DNA of 62,458 nt from Gemmatimonadaceae bacterium (lineage in GTDB: Bacteria > Gemmatimonadota > Gemmatimonadetes > Gemmatimonadales > Gemmatimonadaceae): contig JBGTOG010000366.1 in the NCBI GenBank assembly GCA_041742675.1, positions 1 through 62,458 on the forward strand. Direction: 5' to 3'. The notes under the pieces were generated by a model that saw nothing but the letters and a program-made list of their open reading frames with translations, made no database searches and had not been told where the DNA came from. The translations under genes and the position numbers were made by a program. Each line of letters starts with the position of its first letter. Within the stretch, counting starts at the first letter, position 1. Positions 24,883 to 34,122 of this stretch are shown here, piece after piece.

Positions 24883-27742
24883 TGGCTTCCGGCGCCAGAA
24901 TTACGCCGCGCTCATCACGCAGGAACATCGATTCGTCGGTAAACGACGGCCAATGTGTCACGATGTCTGTGACCGGTGGCTCGGGCACTGGGGCCGGCAC
25001 GGCGGGCTCCTGATCGTCCGCAGGCGCCGTGTCCTGCACTTCGGCTCGTGGTACCGCACGCGCGGCGCGCGGTGCGGGAACCAGGCTGGTATCGAGTTCA
25101 GGGCGGAAGTTCACGATCTGCTTCCAGCCGCGCGCCAGCGCATCAGCGAAGATCAGCACCAGGTCGCCGGGCTGTGCCATGACCAGTGCGCGTTCGATCG
25201 CCTGTTGTTCGTCCACAATCGTCGTGATGCGATCGGCGCTGATCCCACGAACCTGCAACTCCTCCACGAGCATGCGTGGCACCTCGTCTTCACCGCGCCC
25301 GCGCAGCGAATCATCGCGGCGACAGATGTAGTGGTCAAAGTCGGCTGCGGCTGCGGCTGCGGCGATTGCACGAATGTCTTCGTCTCGTCGGTCACCCGGT
25401 GCCGAGAGCACGCACAGACGACGTCCTGCTGTCGACAGTCGATTCACCAGCTGACAGAGCGCCGCCACCGCGTGCGCATTGTGCCCGTAGTCGAACAGCA
25501 CCTTGAACGGATGCTCATCGTACACATTGAGTCGTCCGGGTGCCTGAAAGAACGTGGTGTCAAAGGTGCGCAGGCCGTGTCGGATGTCTTCGAGGCGCAC
25601 GCCCATGGAGAACGCCATCGCGGCGGCGAACATCGCGTTCTGCACATTGAAGGTGGCGCGCCCCTCAAGCGTGGCCGGAATGAGGTGCGTCCAGAGCAGC
25701 GGGATGTGTGCGCCACGATCATAGATCGTAATCATCTGGCCATTCACCCCTTCCTCCAGCGCGATCGCGCGTCCACCGGCACGCACGTGTTCACGCACCA
25801 GCTCATGCTGGGGATCGAGCGTCACATAACACACGTGCTTCGCCTGCGTGTATGCTGCCATGCGCAACGTGAGCGGATCATCGGCGTTGAGCACCGCGGT
25901 ATCCGTTGCAATCTCCACGACGGTGCGCTTGACCTCGGCCAGCTGCTCCAGCGTTTCAATACCCTTTTGCCCAAGGTGATCGGGCTGGATGTTGAGAACT
26001 GCGCCTACATCCACGTGTCGCATGGCCATGCCGCTCCGCAGCAGACCACCGCGCGCCGTCTCAAGCACGGCCACCTCGACGGCCGGATCGCCAAGCACAA
26101 TGCGCGCGGATGTGGGACCGGTCATGTCACCTTCTACCGTACGCTGACCATCGACGTACACACCGTCCGTGGTGGTGAGGCCAACCCGCCGCCCCGCCAG
26201 CTTGTGGATGTGCGCGAGCAATCGCGCGGTTGTGGTCTTGCCGTTGGTTCCCGTAAGCGCCGCGATTGGCACGCGACTGGGGGCGTCCTTCGGAAACAGC
26301 ATCTCAATCACTTTGCCCGCGACATCACGCGGCCGCCCTTCACTCGGTGCGCTGTGCATGCGAAATCCGGGCGCCGCGTTCACTTCACAAATTGCCCCGC
26401 CAATATCGTTGTACGACTGTGTGATATCCGGTGTCAGGAAATCCACGCCACCAACATCCAGACCGATCGCCTTGATGGCGCGCACAGCCATCTCGGCGTT
26501 GTCCGGATGCACGACATCGGTCATGTCGACAGCAGTACCGCCGGTGGACAGATTCGCCGTAAGTCGCAGGTACACGGTCTCGCCTGCGACCGGCACGCTG
26601 TCCGCCGTCAGCCCCAGCTTCTCCAACAGACCAAGTGCTTGCGCGTCGAGGTCCAGCTGCGTGAGCACCTTCTCGTGTCCGATACCACGCCGTGGATCGC
26701 GGTTCACTTCGGCCACCAGTTCGGCAATGCTCTGCACGCCGTCACCCACAACCTTGCCCGGCTCACGTTTAGAGACCGCGACCAGCTCGCCGTTGACGAC
26801 CAGCATGCGGTGATCATGGCCGATGATGAAGCTCTCCACGATCACGCTGCGGGAGATCTCCTGAGCACGGGCAAAACCAGCTTTCACTTCGTCTGGCGTC
26901 GCCAGATTGATGGAGACGCCGCGCCCGTGATTGCCGTTGTACGGCTTGGTAACCACCGGATAGCCGATGCGCTCTGCCGCGGAGACCGCGCGATCGGCCG
27001 ACTGCACGAGACGTTGTCTCGGTACCGGCAATCCGAGATTCGCCAGAATGCGATTGGTTTCTTCCTTGTCGCTGGCCAGTTCAACAGCGATGTGGGATGT
27101 CTGACCGGTGATGGTGGCCTGAATGCGCTGCTGGTGGCACCCGTAGCCAAGCTGGATGAGACTCTGTTCGTTGAGACGCAGCCACGGAATGCCGCGCGCT
27201 TCGGCGGCGTGCACGATGCTGGCGGTACTGGGACCCAGGGCGCGTCTCTGCGTATAGCGAATAAACGCATCGCGCCGCGCTTCAAGATCAAACGAAGGGT
27301 CCACTTCCGCGGGACGCAGCTCGGCCGGCAACAGGTGATGCAGGAGATCAAGCGCGACATCGGCCGCTTCAATCCCGACGTCTTCCTGTTCGTACTCAAA
27401 CACCACATCGTACACACCAGACGTTTCCGTCTCGCGCGTTTTGCCAAATGTGACTTTGACGCCGGCGACATTTTGCAGCTCGATCGCGACATGCTCCAGC
27501 ACGTGCCCGAGCCAGGTGCCTTCGTCTTCTGTCATACGCCGCACAAAACCGCCCGCTTCGCCGTACGAGCAACCATGGTCGCGCAGTCCAGGCAGCGCGG
27601 TCAGCAGCGACTGAATGAAGGCATCGCCAAGTCGACGTGTGGGCCACGCTTCCAGCGGTCCGAGATCAAGGACCAGCCGAATGACCGGAAAGTGTGCGTA
27701 GTGACTGGGCCCAACGTAAATGGAACGATCCAGAATCTGCAT
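24875..27742 (-). CDS. cphA: cyanophycin synthetase (CphA1-type: N domain, ATP-grasp G domain, Mur-ligase-like M domain)
   Basis: 955-aa ORF. The N-terminus MQILDRSIYVGPSHYAHFPVIRLVLDLG is CphA-typical. The ATP-grasp part is YPVVTKPYNGNHGRGV...CEVNAAPGFRMH. M-domain motifs are LTGTNGKTTTARL, VLETARGGLLRSG and FDYGHNAHA. Confidence 0.95.
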   Translation of the reverse strand: MQILDRSIYVGPSHYAHFPVIRLVLDLGPLEAWPTRRLGDAFIQSLLTALPGLRDHGCSYGEAGGFVRRMTEDEGTWLGHVLEHVAIELQNVAGVKVTFGKTRETETSGVYDVVFEYEQEDVGIEAADVALDLLHHLLPAELRPAEVDPSFDLEARRDAFIRYTQRRALGPSTASIVHAAEARGIPWLRLNEQSLIQLGYGCHQQRIQATITGQTSHIAVELASDKEETNRILANLGLPVPRQRLVQSADRAVSAAERIGYPVVTKPYNGNHGRGVSINLATPDEVKAGFARAQEISRSVIVESFIIGHDHRMLVVNGELVAVSKREPGKVVGDGVQSIAELVAEVNRDPRRGIGHEKVLTQLDLDAQALGLLEKLGLTADSVPVAGETVYLRLTANLSTGGTAVDMTDVVHPDNAEMAVRAIKAIGLDVGGVDFLTPDITQSYNDIGGAICEVNAAPGFRMHSAPSEGRPRDVAGKVIEMLFPKDAPSRVPIAALTGTNGKTTTARLLAHIHKLAGRRVGLTTTDGVYVDGQRTVEGDMTGPTSARIVLGDPAVEVAVLETARGGLLRSGMAMRHVDVGAVLNIQPDHLGQKGIETLEQLAEVKRTVVEIATDTAVLNADDPLTLRMAAYTQAKHVCYVTLDPQHELVREHVRAGGRAIALEEGVNGQMITIYDRGAHIPLLWTHLIPATLEGRATFNVQNAMFAAAMAFSMGVRLEDIRHGLRTFDTTFFQAPGRLNVYDEHPFKVLFDYGHNAHAVAALCQLVNRLSTAGRRLCVLSAPGDRRDEDIRAIAAAAAAADFDHYICRRDDSLRGRGEDEVPRMLVEELQVRGISADRITTIVDEQQAIERALVMAQPGDLVLIFADALARGWKQIVNFRPELDTSLVPAPRAARAVPRAEVQDTAPADDQEPAVPAPVPEPPVTDIVTHWPSFTDESMFLRDERGVILAPEASD

Positions 27743-27760
27743 GCGGCGCGTGAGCCCAGG

Positions 27761-28573
27761 CTAGTCGTGCGTGACAAAGGACTCAACCGGCTGCGCCCGT
27801 CGAGTGTGCAGATTGTAGGTGGAGCGTGGACCCAGCACATGGACGACGACATCACTCATGGTGATAGCGTCACCAACAGCGGCTTCGGCAATGTTGGTGA
27901 ATCCCACACGCGACGGATCAACAATCGTGATCGCGCCCGTGCCGAGCACCTCAAGCGTTTCGTCGGGACCAATGAACGCGGCGGTGTCTTCATCAACACC
28001 GAGTCCAATACAAAAAGGATTGTACGAAAGCGCGGTGAGCAAGCGGCCGAGCCGGTCACGCTGACGAAAGTGCTGATCCACAATCACGCGATTGGTCAGT
28101 CCCAGACCGGCGCACATGGTGACCATACCGGCGCGTGGCGTGCTTCCTTCTTCGCCGAAGGCGATCATGTGCTCACTGAGATACGCCGCGCCGGCACTGG
28201 TGCCGGCAATGTGTACGCCTTCCGCATTGCGCACGCGCAGCAGTTTCGCCACAGGCGTTCCACCCAGAATCGTGGACAGCTTGAGTTGATTGCCGCCGGT
28301 AAGAAAGACGCCGGTCGCGCTGGCGAGCCATTCCAGCCAATCGCGGTCATCACAATCACTGCGCCGCTCAAAGCCAAGCGCCTTGGCCTGCGTGACTCCG
28401 CGGCGCTGAAACATGCGCTCGTAGTACGTGCCCATGTCCGGCTCGCTCGATGCCGTGGGGATCACGGCAATGCGTGCGTGTGCGCCACCGCTCAGTGCGA
28501 TGAAGCGATCCAGAATGGCATCGGTGAGCAGCTTGCCCCCAATGGGAATGATCCAGCCGCGTGCTGTGGTCAT
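27761..28573 (-). CDS. cphB: cyanophycinase (peptidase S51), no signal peptide
   Basis: 270-aa ORF located 18 nt upstream of cphA. Motifs are IIPIGGK, FLTGGNQ, the GTSAGAA nucleophile motif and VDQHFRQRDRLGRL. Confidence 0.92.
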   Translation of the reverse strand: MTTARGWIIPIGGKLLTDAILDRFIALSGGAHARIAVIPTASSEPDMGTYYERMFQRRGVTQAKALGFERRSDCDDRDWLEWLASATGVFLTGGNQLKLSTILGGTPVAKLLRVRNAEGVHIAGTSAGAAYLSEHMIAFGEEGSTPRAGMVTMCAGLGLTNRVIVDQHFRQRDRLGRLLTALSYNPFCIGLGVDEDTAAFIGPDETLEVLGTGAITIVDPSRVGFTNIAEAAVGDAITMSDVVVHVLGPRSTYNLHTRRAQPVESFVTHD

Positions 28574-28709
28574 GTGCGTGTTCCTCTCGATAGGCCAACC
28601 GCCCGGACGTCGGGCCGCTGGACCGGTGTGCCTGAGCCCTCAAAGCTAACGCTTCAGGGGGTGCTGAGGTAATGTTGGCCAACTCTCACTGACTTCAGAT
28701 GCTGACACC

Positions 28710-29873
28710 ATGTTGACCCTGCTCCGCCATGCCAACGTCTTCGCGCCCGCACCACTCGGCGAGTGTGATGTCCTTGTGGGCGGCGGCTCCGTGCTCTATG
28801 TGGGCCCGTCGATCGGCGCATTGCCCGCGGCGCTCAGTGTGCAGGTGGTGGAGTGCGGCGGTCGACGGATCATACCAGGACTGATCGATGGCCACGTGCA
28901 CCTGACGGGTGGTGGTGGCGAAGCGGGCGCGGCTACCCGGGTACCGGCACCATTCCTGTCGCGCTACACGATGGGCGGCGTGACCAGTGTCGTCGGAGTG
29001 TTGGGCACCGACGATGTCACACGCACGACAGGCGAACTGGTGGTGCAGGCGCGATCACTGATTGACGAAGGGCTCTCTGCGTGGTGCCACACGGGGGGCT
29101 ATCACGTGCCCCTGACCACGCTGACCGGCAGTGTGCGCGGAGACATCACACATATCGATCGCATCATTGGTGTCGGCGAGTTGGCGATCAGCGATCATCG
29201 GTCCAGTCAGCCATCGTGTCAGGAGCTGCTACGCATTGCCGCTGACGCCCACGTGGGCGGACTCATGACGGGCAAGGCGGGCATCGTGCACTTGCACGTC
29301 GGTGACGGCGTACGGGGACTGTCGATGGTGCGCGAGGCGCTGGCGAACAGTGAGCTGCCGCCGCGCGTGTTCAATCCAACGCACGTGAACCGACGGAAGG
29401 CGCTGTTCGAAGAAGCGCTGGCGTTGACCGCGAAGGGATGCGTGGTTGACATCACGGCGTTCCCGGTGGCCGAGGACGAGGATGCCTGGAGTGCTCCGGA
29501 TGCCGTTGAGCGTGCGATCAGTGCCGACGTGGATATGCAGCGCGTGACGGTGAGCAGCGATGGCGGTGGATGCCTGCCCGAGTTTGATGCGGATGGGCGT
29601 GTGGCGCAAATGGACGTGGGAGATGTTGGTGCGATGCTGCAAACGCTTGGAGCACTGCTGAATCGCGGTCACGCACTCGAGCTGGTGCTGCCGTGCTTCA
29701 CGCACAACGTTGCTCGACTGCTGCGACTTCCGGGCAAGGGGGAAGTGCGCGTTGGGGCAGACGCTGATTTGATCGTGCTGGACGACGCGCACCGCGCGTA
29801 CGATGTCATGGCGCGCGGCGTCTGGCATGTGCAGGGCGGTGTGGCCTGCCGACGCGGCACGTTCGAACCATGA
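28710..29873 (+). CDS. iadA: isoaspartyl (beta-aspartyl) dipeptidase
   Basis: 387-aa ORF collinear with E. coli IadA as I recall it. Matching motifs are GLIDGHVHLTGGGGEAG, VTSVVGVLGTDD, ISDHRSSQPS, PTHVNRR, VSSDGGG and RRGTFEP. Confidence 0.93.
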   Translation: MLTLLRHANVFAPAPLGECDVLVGGGSVLYVGPSIGALPAALSVQVVECGGRRIIPGLIDGHVHLTGGGGEAGAATRVPAPFLSRYTMGGVTSVVGVLGTDDVTRTTGELVVQARSLIDEGLSAWCHTGGYHVPLTTLTGSVRGDITHIDRIIGVGELAISDHRSSQPSCQELLRIAADAHVGGLMTGKAGIVHLHVGDGVRGLSMVREALANSELPPRVFNPTHVNRRKALFEEALALTAKGCVVDITAFPVAEDEDAWSAPDAVERAISADVDMQRVTVSSDGGGCLPEFDADGRVAQMDVGDVGAMLQTLGALLNRGHALELVLPCFTHNVARLLRLPGKGEVRVGADADLIVLDDAHRAYDVMARGVWHVQGGVACRRGTFEP

Positions 29874-31183
29874 CGAACGCGCTCGATGCCTTCTGGATGC
29901 CCTTCACGCCCAACCGCGCGTTCAAGCGTGCGCCTCGGATGCTCGCCAGTGCCAGTGGCATGTACTACACCGATGTGGACGGGCGCCAGATCCTCGACGG
30001 TACGGCTGGCCTCTGGTGCGTGAACGCCGGGCACTGTCGTCGCCCGATCGTGGAGGCGATTCAACAGGCCGCGGCCACACTCGATTACGCGCCGGGCTTC
30101 AACATGGCACATCCGGCGGCGTTTGCGCTCGCGGAACGCCTTTCTGAAGTGACGCCACCCAATCTGGACCGTGTCTTCTTCACCAACTCGGGATCAGAGG
30201 CGGTTGATTCGGCGCTCAAGATCGTGCTCGCATATCACTCGGCGCGTGGCGATACGACGCGTCGACGGTTCATCGGCCGACTGCGCGGATATCACGGTGT
30301 GGGTTTTGGTGGCATTTCCGTGGGCGGTATTGAGAACAATCGCCGCACCTTCGCACACCATCTCTTGCCACACACTGACGCGCACCTTCCGGCGACGCAC
30401 GGGTTGCGCGAGAATCTGTTTTCGCGTGGACAGCCGAGTGCCGGTGCGCACCTCGCCGACGCGCTCGAACAACTCGTCGCCGAGCACGGTGGCGAGACGA
30501 TTGCAGCGGTAATTGTTGAACCGCTGGCGGGTTCTGCCGGTGTACTCGTTCCGCCGATGGGCTATCTCGAACGACTGCGGGCGATTTGTGATCAGCACGG
30601 CATTCTGCTGATTTTCGACGAAGTCATTACCGGCTTTGGGCGGCTCGGAGCGGCGTTTGGTGCGCAGCGATTTGGTGTGACGCCAGACATGATCACCGTC
30701 GCAAAAGGCATAACCAACGGCGCCGTCCCCATGGGCGCTGTGATCTCGCATCGCGCAATTCATGACACGATTGTGAGCGGTACCACACACGGCATCGAGT
30801 TCTTTCACGGCTATACGTACTCTGGCCATCCGCTGGCGTGTGCTGCCGCGATGGCGACGCTGGATGTGTATCGCGATGACGCGTTGTTCGAGCGCGCGAC
30901 GGAGTTGGCCCCATACTGGGAAAACGCGGTGCATTCACTGCGCGATGCACCGTGGGTAGCAGATATTCGCAATCTCGGTCTGGTAGCAGGGATCGAACTC
31001 GAGTCACGAACGAATGAGCCAGGCGCGCGTGGTGCTGCGGTCATGGCGGAATCCTTTCGCCGCGGTTCACTGGTTCGTGTGACGGCCGACACCATTGCGC
31101 TCTCGCCGCCACTGATTGTCGAGCGAACGCAGATCGATCAGCTCGTGGAGACTTTGAGCTCGGTGCTGCACGAACTCTCGTAA
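29870..31183 (+). CDS. class-III PLP aminotransferase (omega-amino acid:pyruvate / beta-alanine-pyruvate transaminase-like)
   Basis: 437-aa ORF whose ATG overlaps the iadA stop (ATGA at 29870-29873). Motifs are FWMPFTPNR, GLWCVNAGH, LIFDEVITGFGRLG and the ITVAKGITNG PLP-lysine. Confidence 0.88.
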   Translation: MTNALDAFWMPFTPNRAFKRAPRMLASASGMYYTDVDGRQILDGTAGLWCVNAGHCRRPIVEAIQQAAATLDYAPGFNMAHPAAFALAERLSEVTPPNLDRVFFTNSGSEAVDSALKIVLAYHSARGDTTRRRFIGRLRGYHGVGFGGISVGGIENNRRTFAHHLLPHTDAHLPATHGLRENLFSRGQPSAGAHLADALEQLVAEHGGETIAAVIVEPLAGSAGVLVPPMGYLERLRAICDQHGILLIFDEVITGFGRLGAAFGAQRFGVTPDMITVAKGITNGAVPMGAVISHRAIHDTIVSGTTHGIEFFHGYTYSGHPLACAAAMATLDVYRDDALFERATELAPYWENAVHSLRDAPWVADIRNLGLVAGIELESRTNEPGARGAAVMAESFRRGSLVRVTADTIALSPPLIVERTQIDQLVETLSSVLHELS

Positions 31184-31396
31184 GTGTGTCGCGCACAACA
31201 CGATCCTGCACCGTCGACGGCCTTCCGAAGCCATCAGTACCGGGTCCCGCGCGACCCGAAAGTTGGCCCGATTTCCGGCTACAGAGTCAGTGTCGTACAA
31301 CCGACACTCTCATCCAGCGGTCATACCATGCAGCGCCGACCTGCTGAAGCGATGCTGCGGTGATATACAGTTTCTGTTACGGGATCGGAGCGCCAT

Positions 31397-32434
31397 ATGT
31401 CTGCAAATCGCACCAACGAAGCCGAGCAATATGCGCGGCTGATCAGCCCTGTTCGTCTCGCCGCGCTGGAGGCCACCGGTCTGCTTGATGGACAGGCAAA
31501 CGACGTGTTGGATCGTGTAGCGCGCATGGTGACGCGACTGGTGGGCGCGCCAACGAGTCTGGTGTCACTGGTTGGTGGCGCGAGGCAGCACTTTCCGGGA
31601 ATGGTCGGGTTGACGGGTTCAGCGAGTGCGACGCGGGAGACCATGCTGTCACATTCCTACTGCCAATACGTCGTCATTCGAAACGCGCCGCTCGTCATCC
31701 CTGATGCGGCGCAGGAACCACTGGTACGGGACAATCCGGCGCGCACCGAATCCAATATCGCCGCGTATGTGGGTGTGCCACTGCGCACATCGGAAGGGGA
31801 AGTGCTTGGCGCGCTGTGTGCCATCAACTCCTCGCCCACGCCGTGGAGCAGTGAACAGATCGAGACGCTCACAGAGCTGGCGACGATGGCGATGTCAGAA
31901 ATTCAGTTGCGGTCCACGGCCCGCGCGTTGCTGCTGAGCAACCGACGACTTGCCCAGCAGCTCGTGCGCGACCCGGTAACCGGACTCCGCAACAGGTCGG
32001 GGTTTCTGGCGGGCGCGCGTCAGCTGGTCAGTGATGCCATGCGCAGCCGTTCATCGATGTTGATGTGCGTGCTGAATCTGAACGACTTCTATCACATCAA
32101 TGCCACCATGGGCCACGATGTTGGTGATGCCGCGCTGGTAGAGGTCGCGGCCCTGCTTGAGGGAGCGCTGCGCGATGCGGATGTGGTGGCACGGATCGGA
32201 GCTGACGACTTCGTCGCACTGATTGCCAATGCGTCCGCATCGGATACGCCGTTCGTCACCGCTCGGCTCGCCGCTTCCTTCGACGTGCACAACGCTATGC
32301 CGAACCGGGAGTTCTTGCTGGATGCGAGTCTTGGGTTCGCCGAGTGGACGGCCGCCAAGCCAATGAGTATAACGTCGTTGTTGCAGCGCGCTGAGGCGGC
32401 GATGCGCCAGAGTCGCCGCCGCCGAGCGGCCTGA
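31397..32434 (+). CDS. GAF-GGDEF protein with degenerate active-site motif (GADDF) and intact RxxD I-site
   Basis: 345-aa ORF with GGAG 7 nt upstream of the ATG. The N-terminal part is GAF-like (IAAYVGVPLRTSEGEVLGALCAI). The GGDEF domain includes DPVTGLRNRSGF, LNLNDFYHINATMGHDVGD and LRDADVVARIGADDF. Confidence 0.85.
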   Translation: MSANRTNEAEQYARLISPVRLAALEATGLLDGQANDVLDRVARMVTRLVGAPTSLVSLVGGARQHFPGMVGLTGSASATRETMLSHSYCQYVVIRNAPLVIPDAAQEPLVRDNPARTESNIAAYVGVPLRTSEGEVLGALCAINSSPTPWSSEQIETLTELATMAMSEIQLRSTARALLLSNRRLAQQLVRDPVTGLRNRSGFLAGARQLVSDAMRSRSSMLMCVLNLNDFYHINATMGHDVGDAALVEVAALLEGALRDADVVARIGADDFVALIANASASDTPFVTARLAASFDVHNAMPNREFLLDASLGFAEWTAAKPMSITSLLQRAEAAMRQSRRRRAA

Positions 32435-32488
32435 CATTCGACGGCGGGTGAGTAGCTTACGGCATCGCTTACTCTCCCGGAGATCCCC

Positions 32489-33061
32489 ATGCTCGCGTCC
32501 TTTCCGCTGTTCGCCACGGCGGTCCTCGCTGCGCTCACTGCTGCTGCGCCTACTTTGAATCCGCAGCAGGAGTTCTGGGCAAACCTGCGCGCGCTGTGCG
32601 AGTCTGCCGCCGCCGGCAAGTTGTTGCAGGCGCCGCCGGGTGACACGCAGATCGATCCCACGGCCACACTCGTCGTGCACTTCTGGGAGTGCGGGGAGAA
32701 TGAGTTGCGCTTTCCGCTGCATGTAAATGACAACCGTTCGCGCACGTGGGTGTTCATCAGGCACGACGACAAGCTCGAACTGCGCCATGATCATCGCGAA
32801 CCCGATGGTACGGAGTCGCGCAACACCTGGTACGGCGCCACGACCATTGCCTCGGGTTCAGCGACTCGTCAGGATTTTGTGACCGAGCGAAACGGGACTA
32901 CGAGTGGATGGCGCGTAGAGATCGAGCCGGGCAAGCGCTTCGCGTATGGCACCGCGCGCAACGGGGAATTTCGCCATCATCTCAATTTTGATCTCGCGGC
33001 CAAAAGCGACGTGCCCCCGCTCCCGTGGGGACATACCGTCAGGCCGTCGCAGCGACCGTAG
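32489..33061 (+). CDS. secreted hypothetical protein
   Basis: 190-aa ORF with signal-like MLASFPLFATAVLAALTAAAP. I recognise no family. It overlaps the hemA 3' end convergently by 23 nt. Confidence 0.5.
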   Translation: MLASFPLFATAVLAALTAAAPTLNPQQEFWANLRALCESAAAGKLLQAPPGDTQIDPTATLVVHFWECGENELRFPLHVNDNRSRTWVFIRHDDKLELRHDHREPDGTESRNTWYGATTIASGSATRQDFVTERNGTTSGWRVEIEPGKRFAYGTARNGEFRHHLNFDLAAKSDVPPLPWGHTVRPSQRP

Positions 33062-34091
33062 CAACCCGTGTAGCCGGCTCGCGCCGCAGGAAGTGCCGCA
33101 TCAGCAGTGCCAGCTCGCGCTCAACGGCAGATTCCGCGCGTTCCATGCATTCATCTTCAAGTGACCGCCATGTCATGAGGCTGTCGAGTGGCAGCAGTTC
33201 GAGCGCATCGTGCGGCAGGCGAACACGCACGTTCGGTGGCATCCCGAGGTCGGCCCAGAGCGCGCGTTCATTGCGGGAGCGCAGCAACGCGGGTACGTCA
33301 TGGTCAGAAACAATCGGCTGCTCTGTGCGAAGCGCAAATATGACGACGTCGGCGCCAGCAATGGCGTCCTGCCGAGCGCTCCAAGGCGTATGGGCCACAC
33401 CGCGGTAGCGTGTGGCAACACTGGCCGCTCGCACATCGGTACGACTGCACACGCTGATGGCCGCTGGCCGTGCGCGAGAGAGTGCATCGAGCGCACTGGT
33501 TGCCGCAGCGCCGGAACCTAAAACGAGGACACGCGATGCAGGCCAGGCGTGGTTGACGCGCTCCAGCAGCGCGTCCACGGCGACACGACCAATGGTACGC
33601 GATGCATCATCGAACTCGGCGCGCCGACGCACGTGTCGTGTGGCATGTACGATGCGCTCCATGATTCGGTCGAACGTCGACGTTGTTCGTCCGAGCACAC
33701 GCGCGGTCGTCCACGCGTCACGCAGTTGTCCAAGCACATCGCTGTCGCCGCGCAGTCGCGACTCCAGTCCGGAGCTCACGCGCAACAGATGGCGTGCGGC
33801 CGCGAGGCCGGATTGCCGTTCCGGACGAATCGAGTCCATCGGCACCTCCGCCCGTGCGGCGCGTTCGCGCAGCCAGTGCGTCAACACGGCGTCAGGTCGC
33901 GTGGTCGTGCCCAGCCAGGTGCACTCCACGCGATTGCAGGTGATCAGCAGCATACACGGCGTGCCGTCGGCGCTGAGGGCGTCGTGCAGGCGGACCGCCT
34001 CGCTCGCGTCCGGCACGAGGTGCGCCAGCTGCCCTGAGGCGATGGTGTGGTGTGAGATCCCCGACACGTGCAGGTGTGCCAGTGGCGTCAC
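33039..34091 (-). CDS. hemA: glutamyl-tRNA reductase (short form; start inferred at GTG 34091)
   Basis: The ORF is open to 34310. The GTG at 34091 gives (M)TPLAHLHVSGISHHT, a typical HemA N-terminus, and leaves 31 nt after the hemH stop. The catalytic motif is LLITCNRVE and the NADPH site is VLVLGSGAAATSA. Confidence 0.78.
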   Translation of the reverse strand: MTPLAHLHVSGISHHTIASGQLAHLVPDASEAVRLHDALSADGTPCMLLITCNRVECTWLGTTTRPDAVLTHWLRERAARAEVPMDSIRPERQSGLAAARHLLRVSSGLESRLRGDSDVLGQLRDAWTTARVLGRTTSTFDRIMERIVHATRHVRRRAEFDDASRTIGRVAVDALLERVNHAWPASRVLVLGSGAAATSALDALSRARPAAISVCSRTDVRAASVATRYRGVAHTPWSARQDAIAGADVVIFALRTEQPIVSDHDVPALLRSRNERALWADLGMPPNVRVRLPHDALELLPLDSLMTWRSLEDECMERAESAVERELALLMRHFLRREPATRVATVAATA

Positions 34092-34122
34092 CGCCAGCGA
34101 CGCGTCCGGCGCGGCGTGCAGC

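Noticed and set aside
24581-28672. A 1363-aa ORF on the plus strand spanning the whole cphA region, the longest ORF in the track
   Set aside because: It lies exactly antisense to three well-supported genes: the cphA paralogue, cphA and cphB. Its translation is Arg/His/Cys-rich with no recognisable motif or domain. Stop-free antisense frames are expected in high-GC DNA with GC-rich third positions. Only ribosome profiling or proteomics could revive it.
31184-31396. A structured RNA or terminator in the 213-nt gap after the aminotransferase (imperfect hairpin around GAGTCAGTGTCG-tacaac-CGACACTCTC)
   Set aside because: The stem is imperfect, no U-tract follows, and no known riboswitch consensus is recognisable. 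I cannot support it without covariation data.
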